Shown here: piece after piece, positions 26,142-35,789 of the stretch | Position numbering within the stretch: position 1 is the first letter of the stretch | How the letters are laid out: each line of letters begins with the position of its first letter | Assembly: GCA_944329465.1 (NCBI GenBank) | Contig: CALVII010000002.1 | Location: forward strand, 1 to 53,575 | Length of the DNA: 53,575 nt | Direction of reading: 5' to 3' | From: an uncultured Bacilli bacterium | Lineage (GTDB): Bacteria > Bacillota_I > Bacilli_A > RF39 > UBA660 | Notes under the pieces: generated by a model | What the model saw: the letters and a program-made list of their open reading frames with translations, nothing else | Databases searched by the model: none | Told to the model about the DNA's origin: nothing | Made by a program: the position numbers and the translations under genes

Positions 26142-27728
26142 GTGAAAAGAAGATTACTTAAGGTAATAGGAATTTCTTTCTTAATTTTTGTTATATTAAG
26201 TTGGATTATTCCAGTTGGTACTTATTCAAGTGGTGAACTTACAACTAATGGCATTGATCCTGTTGGTTTAATTGATCTATTTAATGCTCCTGTTCAATCA
26301 TTTATTACATTTGTTTTATATGGTGTTGTATTTGCTTGTATTGGTGGATTTTATGGAGTTATGGAAAAAACCGGTGCTTTAGAAAAGGTGACTGATAAAA
26401 TGACTAAGGCTTTTAAAGGAAAAGAAAATGGGTTTATAGTTTTAACAGTTATTTTATTCACAGTTTTATCTTCAGTTACAGGTTTAATTTTACCACTATT
26501 TATTTTAGTACCTTTATTTGCGGCTGTTTTGTTTGCAATGAGTTATGACAAAATTACAGTACTTGCTTCAACAGTTGGTTCTTTACTTGTTGGTTCTGTT
26601 GCATCAACTTATGGTTTTAATATCACGGGTTATACAGCTAATATTTTAGGACTTGATATGAATAACCAAATTGTCGCAAAAGTTATCTTGCTTGTTATTT
26701 TAACAATTGCACTTATTGCAGTTATATTAAATACTAGTAAGAGAAATACAAAAAAAGAATCAAAAGAGGTTAAAGTTAGTAAAATTGAAAAAGAAGTTAA
26801 AGAGACTAAAGTTTCTAATGCTAAATCAGTTAGAAAGGAAGCTTCTAGTAATAAAAAAGCTCCTAAAACGACTAATAAGAAATCTAGTGCAAAAACTAGT
26901 ACTAAAAAGAAATCAACGAAAGGTAAATCTAATACTAAAGCATTTGCAGTTTCTAAACCAGTTAAAAAGGTTTCTGCTAAATCTAAGATTAGTGCAGTAC
27001 CATTAGTTGTAATATTTGTACTTATGTTAATACTTTGCTTAGTTGGTATGTATAACTGGTATTATTCATTTGGTGTAGATGTGTTTAGCAATATCCATGA
27101 ATCTATTATGAGTGTTGAAATTAAGGATTTTCCAATTTTTGAACATTTACTTAGTGGTATTTCAGAACTTGGATATTGGAGTAACGTTGAACTTGTAGGT
27201 GCAATGATTATTGCGTCAGGTATAATTGCTTGGATTTATAAATTGAGTTTAAATGAGTTTATCGATAGTTTTGCTTCAGGTGTTAAAAAATGGCTTCCAA
27301 CCGCACTTCTTGCAGCTTTGGCTAGTGTAATTTTATATATTTTATATCAAGCTTCATATGCAGGAACAGGAACACTTGTAGATACTATCAACGCTAAGGT
27401 GTTTGATCTTACAGATGGATTTAATGTTATTACAACAGGTTTTGCATCATTATTGGGTAGTTTCTTCTATAATGATTTATATTATTTACTTGCAACTATT
27501 TCAACATTTATGTCAAGTTTTGATGTTGCATCACTTTCTGTTGCTGGACTTTTAGTTCAATCTGTTTATGGTGTTGGTATGATTATTTTCCCAACTAGTG
27601 TAATTTTAATTGCAGGTTTAAGTTTATTTAATGTATCTTACAAGGAATGGATGAAATATATTTGGAAATTCGCACTTATTGCATTTTTATTAGTACTACT
27701 AGCATGTGGAATTATAACATTACTTTAA
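26142..27728 (+). CDS. YfcC/DcuC-like polytopic membrane carrier with a Lys/Ser/Thr-rich inserted loop
   Basis: GTG start follows GGGAGG. The N-terminus (LIFVILSWIIPVGTY) and many TM segments fit the family. The family call is from recall. Confidence 0.55.
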   Translation: MKRRLLKVIGISFLIFVILSWIIPVGTYSSGELTTNGIDPVGLIDLFNAPVQSFITFVLYGVVFACIGGFYGVMEKTGALEKVTDKMTKAFKGKENGFIVLTVILFTVLSSVTGLILPLFILVPLFAAVLFAMSYDKITVLASTVGSLLVGSVASTYGFNITGYTANILGLDMNNQIVAKVILLVILTIALIAVILNTSKRNTKKESKEVKVSKIEKEVKETKVSNAKSVRKEASSNKKAPKTTNKKSSAKTSTKKKSTKGKSNTKAFAVSKPVKKVSAKSKISAVPLVVIFVLMLILCLVGMYNWYYSFGVDVFSNIHESIMSVEIKDFPIFEHLLSGISELGYWSNVELVGAMIIASGIIAWIYKLSLNEFIDSFASGVKKWLPTALLAALASVILYILYQASYAGTGTLVDTINAKVFDLTDGFNVITTGFASLLGSFFYNDLYYLLATISTFMSSFDVASLSVAGLLVQSVYGVGMIIFPTSVILIAGLSLFNVSYKEWMKYIWKFALIAFLLVLLACGIITLL

Positions 27729-27760
27729 AAACTACTTTCGGGTAGTTTTTTTTTTTTTCT
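27727..27760 (+). terminator. Terminator after the carrier gene
   Basis: AAAACTAC pairs with GTAGTTTT, followed by a long T run. Confidence 0.7.
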
Positions 27761-27795
27761 TTTGGTATAATTTATTTGAGAAAGAAGTTGATTTT

Positions 27796-28191
27796 ATGAA
27801 AAAATTTATTAATGAATTTAAAACTTTTGCTTTAAAAGGTAACATGGTTGATATGGCTGTTGGTGTAGTTATTGGTACAGCTTTTTCGGGTTTAATTACT
27901 TCTCTTACTGATAATTTGATTAATCCTATTTTAAATGTAGTGACGGGAGGAGCTAGATATCACTGGCAAGATGTTGCTAGATTTATTTCATCTTTTTTAT
28001 CAGCTTTAATTAATTTCTTTATTATGGCTTTTGTTCTTTTTTGTATTGTAAAAGCACTTAATAAAATTAAACATTTGGGTAATAAAAATAAAGAGAAGCC
28101 AACAGTTAAAAAATGTCCATATTGTTTTAGTGAAATTGACATAAAAGCGACTAGATGTCCTTGTTGTACTTCTACTATAGAAAATGATTGA
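27796..28191 (+). CDS. mscL: Large-conductance mechanosensitive channel MscL with C-terminal CxxC...CxxC tail
   Basis: FKTFALKGNMVDMAVGVVIGTAF signature and two TM segments. The tail is KKCPYCFSEIDIKATRCPCCTS. Confidence 0.9.
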   Translation: MKKFINEFKTFALKGNMVDMAVGVVIGTAFSGLITSLTDNLINPILNVVTGGARYHWQDVARFISSFLSALINFFIMAFVLFCIVKALNKIKHLGNKNKEKPTVKKCPYCFSEIDIKATRCPCCTSTIEND

Positions 28192-28220
28192 TTTTTTAAT
28201 AGAATGGTAATGGTGGTAAA

Positions 28221-28865
28221 ATGGAAACAACCTTTGATTATAAATTGGATGGCAATGTTTATAAGGTTTTAGTAGTTAAAAAAAACAATAAAAATACTTA
28301 TATTAAAATAAAAGACGATTTAACAATTTATGTTACGACTAATTATTTAACTAGTAAAAGGGAAGTTAAGACGATGCTTGATAATGAAAGGGATTTTTTA
28401 CACAAAGCATTGTCAAGGGCTAGGAAAAAGTTGGAAAAAGAAGAGCTTTTTTATTATCTTGGTGAAAAATATGATATAATATTAGTACCATTTGAAAATA
28501 CGGAAGTTAGTAATGGTAAAATATTTGTTAAAGATATGAAAACTTTAGATAAATGGTTAAAAAAAGAAACGAAAAAAATTTTTAAAGAGAGGCTAGAGTA
28601 TAATTACAATTTATTTGACGAGGATATTCCTTTTCCTAAACTTAAAATAAGAAGTATGAAGACAAGATGGGGAGTTTGTAATAAAAGAGATAATTCAGTT
28701 ACTTTAAATTCTAAGCTTATTAAATATTCTGTTCATGAGATCGATTATGTGATTATTCATGAACTTTCACATTTTGTCCATTTCGATCATTCTAAAGAGT
28801 TTTGGGAAACAGTAAGAATACATATGTCTGATTATAAAAAAGCCGTGGCTATTTTAAAAGAATGA
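28221..28865 (+). CDS. YgjP/DUF45-type (M48-like) zinc metallopeptidase
   Basis: RWGVCN block and HELSHFVHFDHSKEFW (HExxH). Confidence 0.8.
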   Translation: METTFDYKLDGNVYKVLVVKKNNKNTYIKIKDDLTIYVTTNYLTSKREVKTMLDNERDFLHKALSRARKKLEKEELFYYLGEKYDIILVPFENTEVSNGKIFVKDMKTLDKWLKKETKKIFKERLEYNYNLFDEDIPFPKLKIRSMKTRWGVCNKRDNSVTLNSKLIKYSVHEIDYVIIHELSHFVHFDHSKEFWETVRIHMSDYKKAVAILKE

Positions 28866-28878
28866 GGTGGTTTGGTAT

Positions 28879-30087
28879 ATGAAATTAAAGATTGTTAGTT
28901 TGATTATGATTTTTTTAGTATTATTTAGCGTATCTTTATCTACTGGATATGCGAGGGAGAAGACTTTAAATGAATTAGAGGCAGAGGCTAAAGCTAATAG
29001 GGAGGCTTATAATAAAGCTAAAAATGAAAAAGAACTAACAGAAGCTGAACGTGATAAGGCGACAGCAGAGAAAGCAGAAGTTGAAAAGCAAATTTCAAGT
29101 ATTGAGTCACAACTTGAATCTATTTCTAATCAAATAGAGGGAATTCAAAAAGATATTGATGCGAAAGATGAACAGATGAAAGATATTATGAGTTTTGTTC
29201 AGGTAACTAATGGTGATTCAAATTATTTAGAATATATTTTTGGTGCAACTGATTTTACGGATTTTATTTATCGTATTTCGGTTGCAGAACAACTTGGTGA
29301 TTATAACGAGGAACTTATTGAAGAATATAATAAAGATGTTGAAAGGTTAGATAAAAAACAGTCTGAGCTTAATACTAAACAAGAAGAGTTAAATAAAAAA
29401 CAATCTGAGCTTACTGTTTTGGAGGCTAAACTTAACAAAGAAATTGAAACTTTACAATCTGGTATGGTTAGTAAAGATCAAGCATATAAAACACAAATAG
29501 AATTAATTCAAAGTATGAAAGCTAGAGGATGTAAGGGCACCGATACAGCATCTTCTTGTCAAAATCGTCTTAGTAGTAGTGGCAGTTTAGTGAGTGTGAA
29601 TGGAACTTATATGCCAATTAATAGTGGATATGTAACGAGTGATTATGGATATCGTTCTTATGGTGGCGGTGAGTTTCATACTGGTATTGATTATTCTAAG
29701 AGTGTTGTTGGAGATCCTGTTTATCCGATTGCGGATGGAGAAGTTATTTTACTTAATTATAATAAATCATGTGGTAATCATATAGTGTATGTAAAACATA
29801 ATATTAAGGGCCATTCTTATATTACTTCTTACTGGCATTTGTCTAGTTGGTCTGTGAGTGTTGGACAAAAAGTTTCTTATAAAACACAGATAGGAAAAAT
29901 GGCTGGAAGAAACACTGGCGATAAGTGTTCTGGAGGAGTTCATGTACATTTGAATTTATTTGATAATGCGAATAACCAATGGGAAAATAGAGTGGCTAGA
30001 GGAGGAAATCCAAATAGTGGACGTACTAATCCTAGAACTGTAGTTCCACAAACACCAGCAAAAGGTGGACGTTTTAGTGGAAGATAA
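28879..30087 (+). CDS. M23/LytM family peptidoglycan metalloendopeptidase with N-terminal coiled coil
   Basis: Signal anchor, a ~200-aa heptad-rich region, and intact HTGIDY (HxxxD) and GGVHVHLNL (HxH) motifs. Confidence 0.85.
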   Translation: MKLKIVSLIMIFLVLFSVSLSTGYAREKTLNELEAEAKANREAYNKAKNEKELTEAERDKATAEKAEVEKQISSIESQLESISNQIEGIQKDIDAKDEQMKDIMSFVQVTNGDSNYLEYIFGATDFTDFIYRISVAEQLGDYNEELIEEYNKDVERLDKKQSELNTKQEELNKKQSELTVLEAKLNKEIETLQSGMVSKDQAYKTQIELIQSMKARGCKGTDTASSCQNRLSSSGSLVSVNGTYMPINSGYVTSDYGYRSYGGGEFHTGIDYSKSVVGDPVYPIADGEVILLNYNKSCGNHIVYVKHNIKGHSYITSYWHLSSWSVSVGQKVSYKTQIGKMAGRNTGDKCSGGVHVHLNLFDNANNQWENRVARGGNPNSGRTNPRTVVPQTPAKGGRFSGR

Positions 30088-30108
30088 AGAGGTTTTTCCT
30101 CTTTTTTT
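30086..30108 (+). terminator. Terminator after the M23 peptidase gene
   Basis: AAAGAGG pairs with CCTCTTT, followed by a T run. Confidence 0.6.
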
Positions 30109-30156
30109 GACATTTTGACCTTTGGACTTTTGTTATATTATGATTGGTGATATAAT

Positions 30157-30324
30157 ATGAAAGTAAAAGTTTTTGATGAGGGTCATGAGAAAGATTTAGA
30201 AGATGCAATTAATAAATTTATTTTAGAAGAGGATCCTGAGATAATAGATATTAAATTTTCTTCAGCTGTAGCCGTATCTGAAGAGCAAATATATTGTTTT
30301 TCGGCTTTAGTTGTTTATAGGTAG
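30157..30324 (+). CDS. cse60: Sporulation protein Cse60 (YteV family), 55 aa. It is not in the supplied ORF track.
   Basis: I translated it by hand as MKVKVFDEGHEKDLEDAINKFILEEDPEIIDIKFSSAVAVSEEQIYCFSALVVYR. The blocks KVK.FDE.HEKDLED..N.F, IDIK and EQIYCFSA...YR match Cse60 as I recall it. SD GGTGAT lies 5 nt upstream. Confidence 0.75.
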   Translation: MKVKVFDEGHEKDLEDAINKFILEEDPEIIDIKFSSAVAVSEEQIYCFSALVVYR

Positions 30325-30332
30325 GTGTTTAT

Positions 30333-31985
30333 ATGAAGAGAACTGGCTTTTTAGCTGGGGCAGCAATTTCAGTTTTAGGCATTGTGATTTGTAAAGTTAT
30401 CGGTCTTGTTTATGTTATTCCATTTTATGCGATTATTGGAACTCAAGGTGGAGCTTTATATAGTTATGCTTATTCTATTTATAATGTGTTTTTAAATTTA
30501 GCAACATCTGGAATTCCAGTAGCCATGAGTAAAGTGGTTAGTGAATATAATGAGATGAAATTTTATAATACTAAGGAGAGAGTATTTAAGATTGGATTAA
30601 AAGTTATTTCTATTTTATGTGTGATTTCCTTTTTAGTTTTGTTTATATTTGCTCCTAATTTAGCTAATATGATTATTGGTGGAGTTGAAGGTGGGAATAC
30701 TGTTGAAGATGTTACTATGGTTATTAGGGTGATTTCAACAGCAGTTTTAGTAGTACCTTTTTTAAGTGTTTCTAAAGGTTATTTGCAAGGTCATAAGATT
30801 ATGCAGGTATCTTCTATTGCGGATATTTTAGAACAAGTAGCTAGGGTTTTTGTTATTTTGGCTGGTAGTTTTCTTACTTTAAAAGTATTTCATTTATCTT
30901 TAAATACAGCGGTTGGAGTAGCCGTTTTTGGAGCAACTGTGGGAGCTTTGGTAGCTTATTTTTATGTATTTTTGAAGATTAAAAAAAGTAAGGATTTAAA
31001 ACGCAATGAAAAAGCTACTTTAAATGAGAAGAAGATTACTAATAATGCCTTAGTTAAAAAGATTATTTTTTATGCGATGCCTTTTGTTATAATTTCTCTT
31101 TTACAATCTGTTTATGTAATGGTTGATGTTTTTACAGTAGTTAAAGGGTTAGTAGGTTTAGGTTATACTACGGCGATAAGTGAGAATGTAGTTAGTGTTA
31201 TTCAAACTTGGGGTTCAAAACTTAATATGATTGTAATGTCTATTTCAACTGGTATTATTACGAGTTTAATTCCAACAATTGCTTCGGCTTATGCGGTTCG
31301 TAATATGAAAGAGGTAAATGGAAAAATTACTCAGGCTTTACAAACTTTATTTTTAGTAACTATACCACTTTCTTTTGGAATTAGTTTTATGTCAGAAGCA
31401 GTATGGACAGTATTTTATGGTTATGATGAGCTTAATAGTTCGATATTTAAATTGCTTATATTATCACAAATACCACTTTCTATTTGTTCAGTGATGGTAA
31501 ATACTAATCAAACTATGAATAATACTAAAGCTACTATTACAGCTTTGGGTGGTTCTTTAATATTTAAAATACTGCTTAATGTACCATTTATGCATTTATT
31601 TCATTTGATTGGATTAGAATCATATTATGCAACAATTAGTTTAAATATTTTGATCGATACAGTTGCTTCTATTTATTTGCTTATGAAAGTAAAAAAAGAA
31701 ACTAACATTAATTATTTAAAAACATTTAGAACATTTATTAAAGTTATAATGTGTACTTTGATTATGCTTCTTGGACTTTCAATTTTGAATTTGTTTATAC
31801 CAAGTTTTTCATTATCTAGAATGGGTAGTATTTTATACATTATTTTATATGGAGTGATTGGGGCTAGTATTTACTTTTTTGTAGCTTATAAATCAAATAC
31901 TATTTCAGATATAGTAGGTAAAGATTTTATTTTAAAAATTATTTCTAAATTTAAAGGTTTAAAAAGAATTAAAAAAAATGTATAA
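30333..31985 (+). CDS. MOP-superfamily flippase (SpoVB / YtgP / MurJ-like)
   Basis: 550 aa with about 14 TM segments, and a family-typical N-terminus (GFLAGAAISVLGIVICKVIGLVYVIPF). Confidence 0.8.
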   Translation: MKRTGFLAGAAISVLGIVICKVIGLVYVIPFYAIIGTQGGALYSYAYSIYNVFLNLATSGIPVAMSKVVSEYNEMKFYNTKERVFKIGLKVISILCVISFLVLFIFAPNLANMIIGGVEGGNTVEDVTMVIRVISTAVLVVPFLSVSKGYLQGHKIMQVSSIADILEQVARVFVILAGSFLTLKVFHLSLNTAVGVAVFGATVGALVAYFYVFLKIKKSKDLKRNEKATLNEKKITNNALVKKIIFYAMPFVIISLLQSVYVMVDVFTVVKGLVGLGYTTAISENVVSVIQTWGSKLNMIVMSISTGIITSLIPTIASAYAVRNMKEVNGKITQALQTLFLVTIPLSFGISFMSEAVWTVFYGYDELNSSIFKLLILSQIPLSICSVMVNTNQTMNNTKATITALGGSLIFKILLNVPFMHLFHLIGLESYYATISLNILIDTVASIYLLMKVKKETNINYLKTFRTFIKVIMCTLIMLLGLSILNLFIPSFSLSRMGSILYIILYGVIGASIYFFVAYKSNTISDIVGKDFILKIISKFKGLKRIKKNV

Positions 31986-32012
31986 TTATAAATGTAGAGA
32001 AGAGGTGGGAGT

Positions 32013-33377
32013 TTGGAACAATTATCGCTGACTGAAAAATTTAAGGTACTTTTTGACAACATTTTTCAGCACCCTCTTTTTATCGTTTTATTATTAGTTC
32101 CGGTAATTATGTTTTTACTTCAGAAAAAGCATGGTAAAAAAGCTTTTATATTTGTTTATTTGTTAGTTATATTGTTTGTTTTATATATAGGTGGGGAAGT
32201 TATATTTGAACTTTTCGATAATTTAATGAATGGTTTGTTTATGACTTTATATTTTCCTAATTTTATTACTCTATTTGTGGTTGTAGTACTTTGTTCTATA
32301 ATTGCTTTAATAAGTTTCTTTAATAGAAAAATGTATAAAGTTAATAAGATAATTAATATTACAGGTTTTGCAATTATTCAAATGCTTTTTGTACTTATTT
32401 TGACTGTGGTTAGATCTAAAAATATCGATATATATGCGGATAATGCTTTATATTCTAACAATGATGTTTTAACACTTATGCAACTTTTGATAGGAACGTT
32501 TGCTTTACAAGTGATTGCAATTTTGATTATAAATGCGATTAATAAGGTAACGGATATTTTAGATAAACGAAGTACACCGCTTGCTGAAAATATAACTGAA
32601 GAAATAAGTAATTTAGAAAAAACTCGTAAAACTAATACTTTAGGACTTATTAAAAACATTGACATAGATAATACTAAGGTTGGATATATTAATGTTGCAG
32701 ATAAGAAGAATACTAGCAAGCCAAGATTAAAGCCATTTAAGTTTGATATGGATAAATTAGAATCTATTACTTTAAACGTCAAAGAAAAGCCGATTTTTGA
32801 TAATTTAATTGAACCAGTTCAAGATAATTTTAGTAAGGAAGAAGATAGAAAGACTTCTTTGAAAAATGTTGGTAAAACTTTTAAAAACGTGAAGAACAAT
32901 TTTGAAGAAAAGGCTTTAAAGAAAAAAAGAAAAGATGTATTACTTCCTAAAGAGCGAAGTGAGGCTATTTCATCTAAGAAACCTAATTTGTTAAAACCTA
33001 TGGAAGATGTGATAGATGTTTCTTTTGGTAATGTTTCTGATTTTAATAAATCTTTGGCACATACTAAGAAATTTATTAAAAATAATGTAAAGCCTGATTT
33101 AAATGATTCAGAAGATGTTTCAATTAAAGTAATAAGTGAGGTTGATAGACCAAAACTTGTTAGAAAAGAATATGAAGAATCTATGGATTTAGTGGATAAT
33201 TTAAAAATTTTGGATATTCAATCAACTTTAGATACAGTTATTAAGTACAAATTAATGAAAGGTGCGAGCGTGCAGATTGTTGAAGATAATGATATAGCTG
33301 TTGATAATTTACAAATTCCTAATTTTGATTATATGTTAAAGGCTTTAAACAAATATAAATTATATAAGAGAATCTAA
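32013..33377 (+). CDS. Hypothetical membrane protein with long charged C-terminal region
   Basis: TTG start follows GAGGTGGGAG. It has about 5 N-terminal TM segments, then a ~270-aa Lys/Asp/Glu-rich region. Confidence 0.55.
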   Translation: MEQLSLTEKFKVLFDNIFQHPLFIVLLLVPVIMFLLQKKHGKKAFIFVYLLVILFVLYIGGEVIFELFDNLMNGLFMTLYFPNFITLFVVVVLCSIIALISFFNRKMYKVNKIINITGFAIIQMLFVLILTVVRSKNIDIYADNALYSNNDVLTLMQLLIGTFALQVIAILIINAINKVTDILDKRSTPLAENITEEISNLEKTRKTNTLGLIKNIDIDNTKVGYINVADKKNTSKPRLKPFKFDMDKLESITLNVKEKPIFDNLIEPVQDNFSKEEDRKTSLKNVGKTFKNVKNNFEEKALKKKRKDVLLPKERSEAISSKKPNLLKPMEDVIDVSFGNVSDFNKSLAHTKKFIKNNVKPDLNDSEDVSIKVISEVDRPKLVRKEYEESMDLVDNLKILDIQSTLDTVIKYKLMKGASVQIVEDNDIAVDNLQIPNFDYMLKALNKYKLYKRI

Positions 33378-33470
33378 TTTGTTTTAGGTTTTTTTTTGTA
33401 TAAAATGACGAATATTTTTTTTCAAGGATGACCATTATAAACATAGGATATATTAGAGAGGAGCTAAAAC

Positions 33471-35762
33471 ATGTTTGGAAACTTTGAAGAAGAGGCTAGA
33501 AAGGTTTTAGTTAATGCGAAAAAGGAGATGTACGAGTTAAATCACCCTTATGTATCTTCAGAACATTTACTTCTTGCAATACTTAAAGGTGATAATGATA
33601 TAAGTGAAAAGTTAAAGGAGTTTGGTTTGGATTACAGTAGATTTAAAGAGGAAATTATTAAGATAATTGGTAAGGGAAGTAAACATAGTGAGTGGTTTTT
33701 ATATACTCCTTTACTTAAACGAATAATTGAGAATGCAACTTTGGAGGCAAAAGAAAACAACAATGGAGTTGTTACAATTAATCATTTGTTCGCAAGTTTA
33801 CTTGACGAAGGTGAAGGGGTAGCTATTAGAATATTAATAGGAATGGATATTGATATAGACGAGTTATATAGTGAATTTACCGATAAGATTATAAGCAAAA
33901 AGAGTCATAAAAAATTACTTATTGACGAGATAGGGGTTGATTTAAATAAGAAGGCATTAAATGGAAATTTAGATCCAGTAACCGGAAGAAATGAAGAAAT
34001 AAAAAGAGTATTAGAGATTCTTTCTAGAAGGTGTAAGAACAATCCTTTATTGATTGGTGAAGCTGGAGTTGGGAAAACAGCGATTGTGGAAGAGCTTGCG
34101 AGTATGATAGTTAGAGGGGAAGTTCCGTTAAGTTTAAGAAATAAACGAATTATAAGTTTGGATATGGCTTCTTCAGTGGCGGGAACTAAGTATAGAGGTG
34201 AATTTGAGGAAAGAATGAATAAGATATTGAAAGAAATAGAGGAAAGCGATGATATTATCTTGTTTATCGACGAAATTCACACTTTAGTAGGAGCTGGGGG
34301 AGCAGAGGGGGCTATTGATGCTTCTAACATATTTAAACCAGCTTTAGCTAGGGGAAAGATTAGATGTATTGGAGCAACAACTATAGACGAATATAAGAAA
34401 TATATTGAAAAAGATAGTGCTTTAGAAAGAAGGTTTCAAAAAGTTATTATTGAAGCTCCAAGTGAAAACACAGTAAAAGATATACTTATGAATTTAAAGG
34501 AAATTTATGAAGGTTATCATAAAGTATGTATAGATGAAGATATTATCGATTTGATCATTCATTTATCTGGCAAGTATATCTATAATAGAAATGAACCTGA
34601 TAGATCGATCGATATTTTAGACGAAGTATCGGCTAAAGTTAGTTTAAAGGAAAGTAAAGGATTAAAAGAGTATGGATTATATAACAAAAAATTAAAAGAA
34701 GTAATTAAATGTAAGAAAAAGGCTATTTTAGATAATGATTTTGAGAAGGCTAGTTCATTTAAAAATGAGGAGTTTGAACTTATGAATAAAATTAATAATT
34801 TAGAACTTTCTTTATATAAAACCAACAGTAAAAAAGTAACTAAACTAGATGTGGCAGAGGTTATTAATATGAAGACGGGTATTCCTATTTATGAGATTTT
34901 AAATGAAAAAAGTAAGTTAATCAAACAGGCTGAGAAGATATTAAATAAGAATATTATAGGACAGGAAAAGGCTGTTCAAGAAGTAGCTAGGGTGGCTAAA
35001 AAAATCAAATTGGGTTTTAATGACAAATGCTTTTCCTTTTTGTTTTGCGGTCCTTCTGGGGTTGGTAAAACTTTATTAGCTAAGACATTTGGAGAAAATC
35101 TAGTTGGTGATAGGAATATTATTAGACTAGATATGAGTGAATATAAAGAAGCTCATAGTGTAAGTAAGATTATTGGTTCACCTCCTGGATATGTTGGATA
35201 TGATGATAATATGAATGTTTTGGAGGAGATTAGAAATAAACCTTATTCAGTGTTGATATTAGATGAGATTGAAAAAGCACATACGAATATTATAAATTTA
35301 TTTTTACAAGTTTTGGATGAGGGTAAAATTAAAAACAGTAAAGGTAAGGTGGTTAGGTTTGATAATGTGGTTATTATTATGACTTCTAATGTTGGTTTTC
35401 ATGAGATTAATGTTGGATTTAATAATAAGAACACAAAGATTTCTAGATTAAACGATAGTTTTTCTGTTCCTTTTATGAATAGGGTGGATAAGGTTATTTG
35501 TTTTAATTCTTTGAATGAAGATGATATTTTAAAAATTATTAGGATGAATTTGAAGAATTTTAAGGATAAATATAGTGATAAGATTAAGATTAAAATTTCT
35601 AAGGAAGTAGAAAATGAGATTTTAAATTTATCTAATTATGAGGAGTATGGGGCTAGAAAAATTAATAAACTTATTAAAGATAAAATTGAAACTATTGTTA
35701 TTGATAAAATTATTGATGGTAAAGAAGAGATTTATATTAAAAATTTAAAACAAGAAGTTTAA
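33471..35762 (+). CDS. clpC: ATP-dependent Clp protease ATP-binding subunit (ClpC-like)
   Basis: Clp_N repeats and two AAA+ modules (GEAGVGKTA / FIDEIH and GPSGVGKTL / LDEIEKAH). Confidence 0.9.
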   Translation: MFGNFEEEARKVLVNAKKEMYELNHPYVSSEHLLLAILKGDNDISEKLKEFGLDYSRFKEEIIKIIGKGSKHSEWFLYTPLLKRIIENATLEAKENNNGVVTINHLFASLLDEGEGVAIRILIGMDIDIDELYSEFTDKIISKKSHKKLLIDEIGVDLNKKALNGNLDPVTGRNEEIKRVLEILSRRCKNNPLLIGEAGVGKTAIVEELASMIVRGEVPLSLRNKRIISLDMASSVAGTKYRGEFEERMNKILKEIEESDDIILFIDEIHTLVGAGGAEGAIDASNIFKPALARGKIRCIGATTIDEYKKYIEKDSALERRFQKVIIEAPSENTVKDILMNLKEIYEGYHKVCIDEDIIDLIIHLSGKYIYNRNEPDRSIDILDEVSAKVSLKESKGLKEYGLYNKKLKEVIKCKKKAILDNDFEKASSFKNEEFELMNKINNLELSLYKTNSKKVTKLDVAEVINMKTGIPIYEILNEKSKLIKQAEKILNKNIIGQEKAVQEVARVAKKIKLGFNDKCFSFLFCGPSGVGKTLLAKTFGENLVGDRNIIRLDMSEYKEAHSVSKIIGSPPGYVGYDDNMNVLEEIRNKPYSVLILDEIEKAHTNIINLFLQVLDEGKIKNSKGKVVRFDNVVIIMTSNVGFHEINVGFNNKNTKISRLNDSFSVPFMNRVDKVICFNSLNEDDILKIIRMNLKNFKDKYSDKIKIKISKEVENEILNLSNYEEYGARKINKLIKDKIETIVIDKIIDGKEEIYIKNLKQEV

Positions 35763-35763
35763 A

Positions 35764-35789
35764 AAGCCTGAGATTCAAACCTCAGGCTT
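35764..35789. terminator. Bidirectional terminator between clpC and glmS
   Basis: AAGCCTGAG pairs with CTCAGGCTT, with A/T runs on both sides. Confidence 0.7.

Noticed and set aside
26785-27006. 73-aa alternative-frame ORF inside the carrier gene
   Set aside because: It is produced by the AAA/AAG-rich low-complexity tract encoding the Lys/Ser/Thr loop. It is on the same strand and is embedded in a longer, SD-preceded ORF.
29353-29415. Near-identical 19-nt direct repeat (AAAAAACA(G/A)TCTGAGCTTA) inside the M23 peptidase gene
   Set aside because: It encodes the repeated KKQSEL heptad-like unit of the coiled coil. This is ordinary internal repetition of a coiled-coil domain, not a mobile or regulatory repeat.
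33378-33470. CtsR operator upstream of clpC
   Set aside because: I looked for the tandem heptad (A/G)GTCAAA-NAN-(A/G)GTCAAA on both strands. I found only isolated TGAC(C/G) fragments and no convincing repeat.
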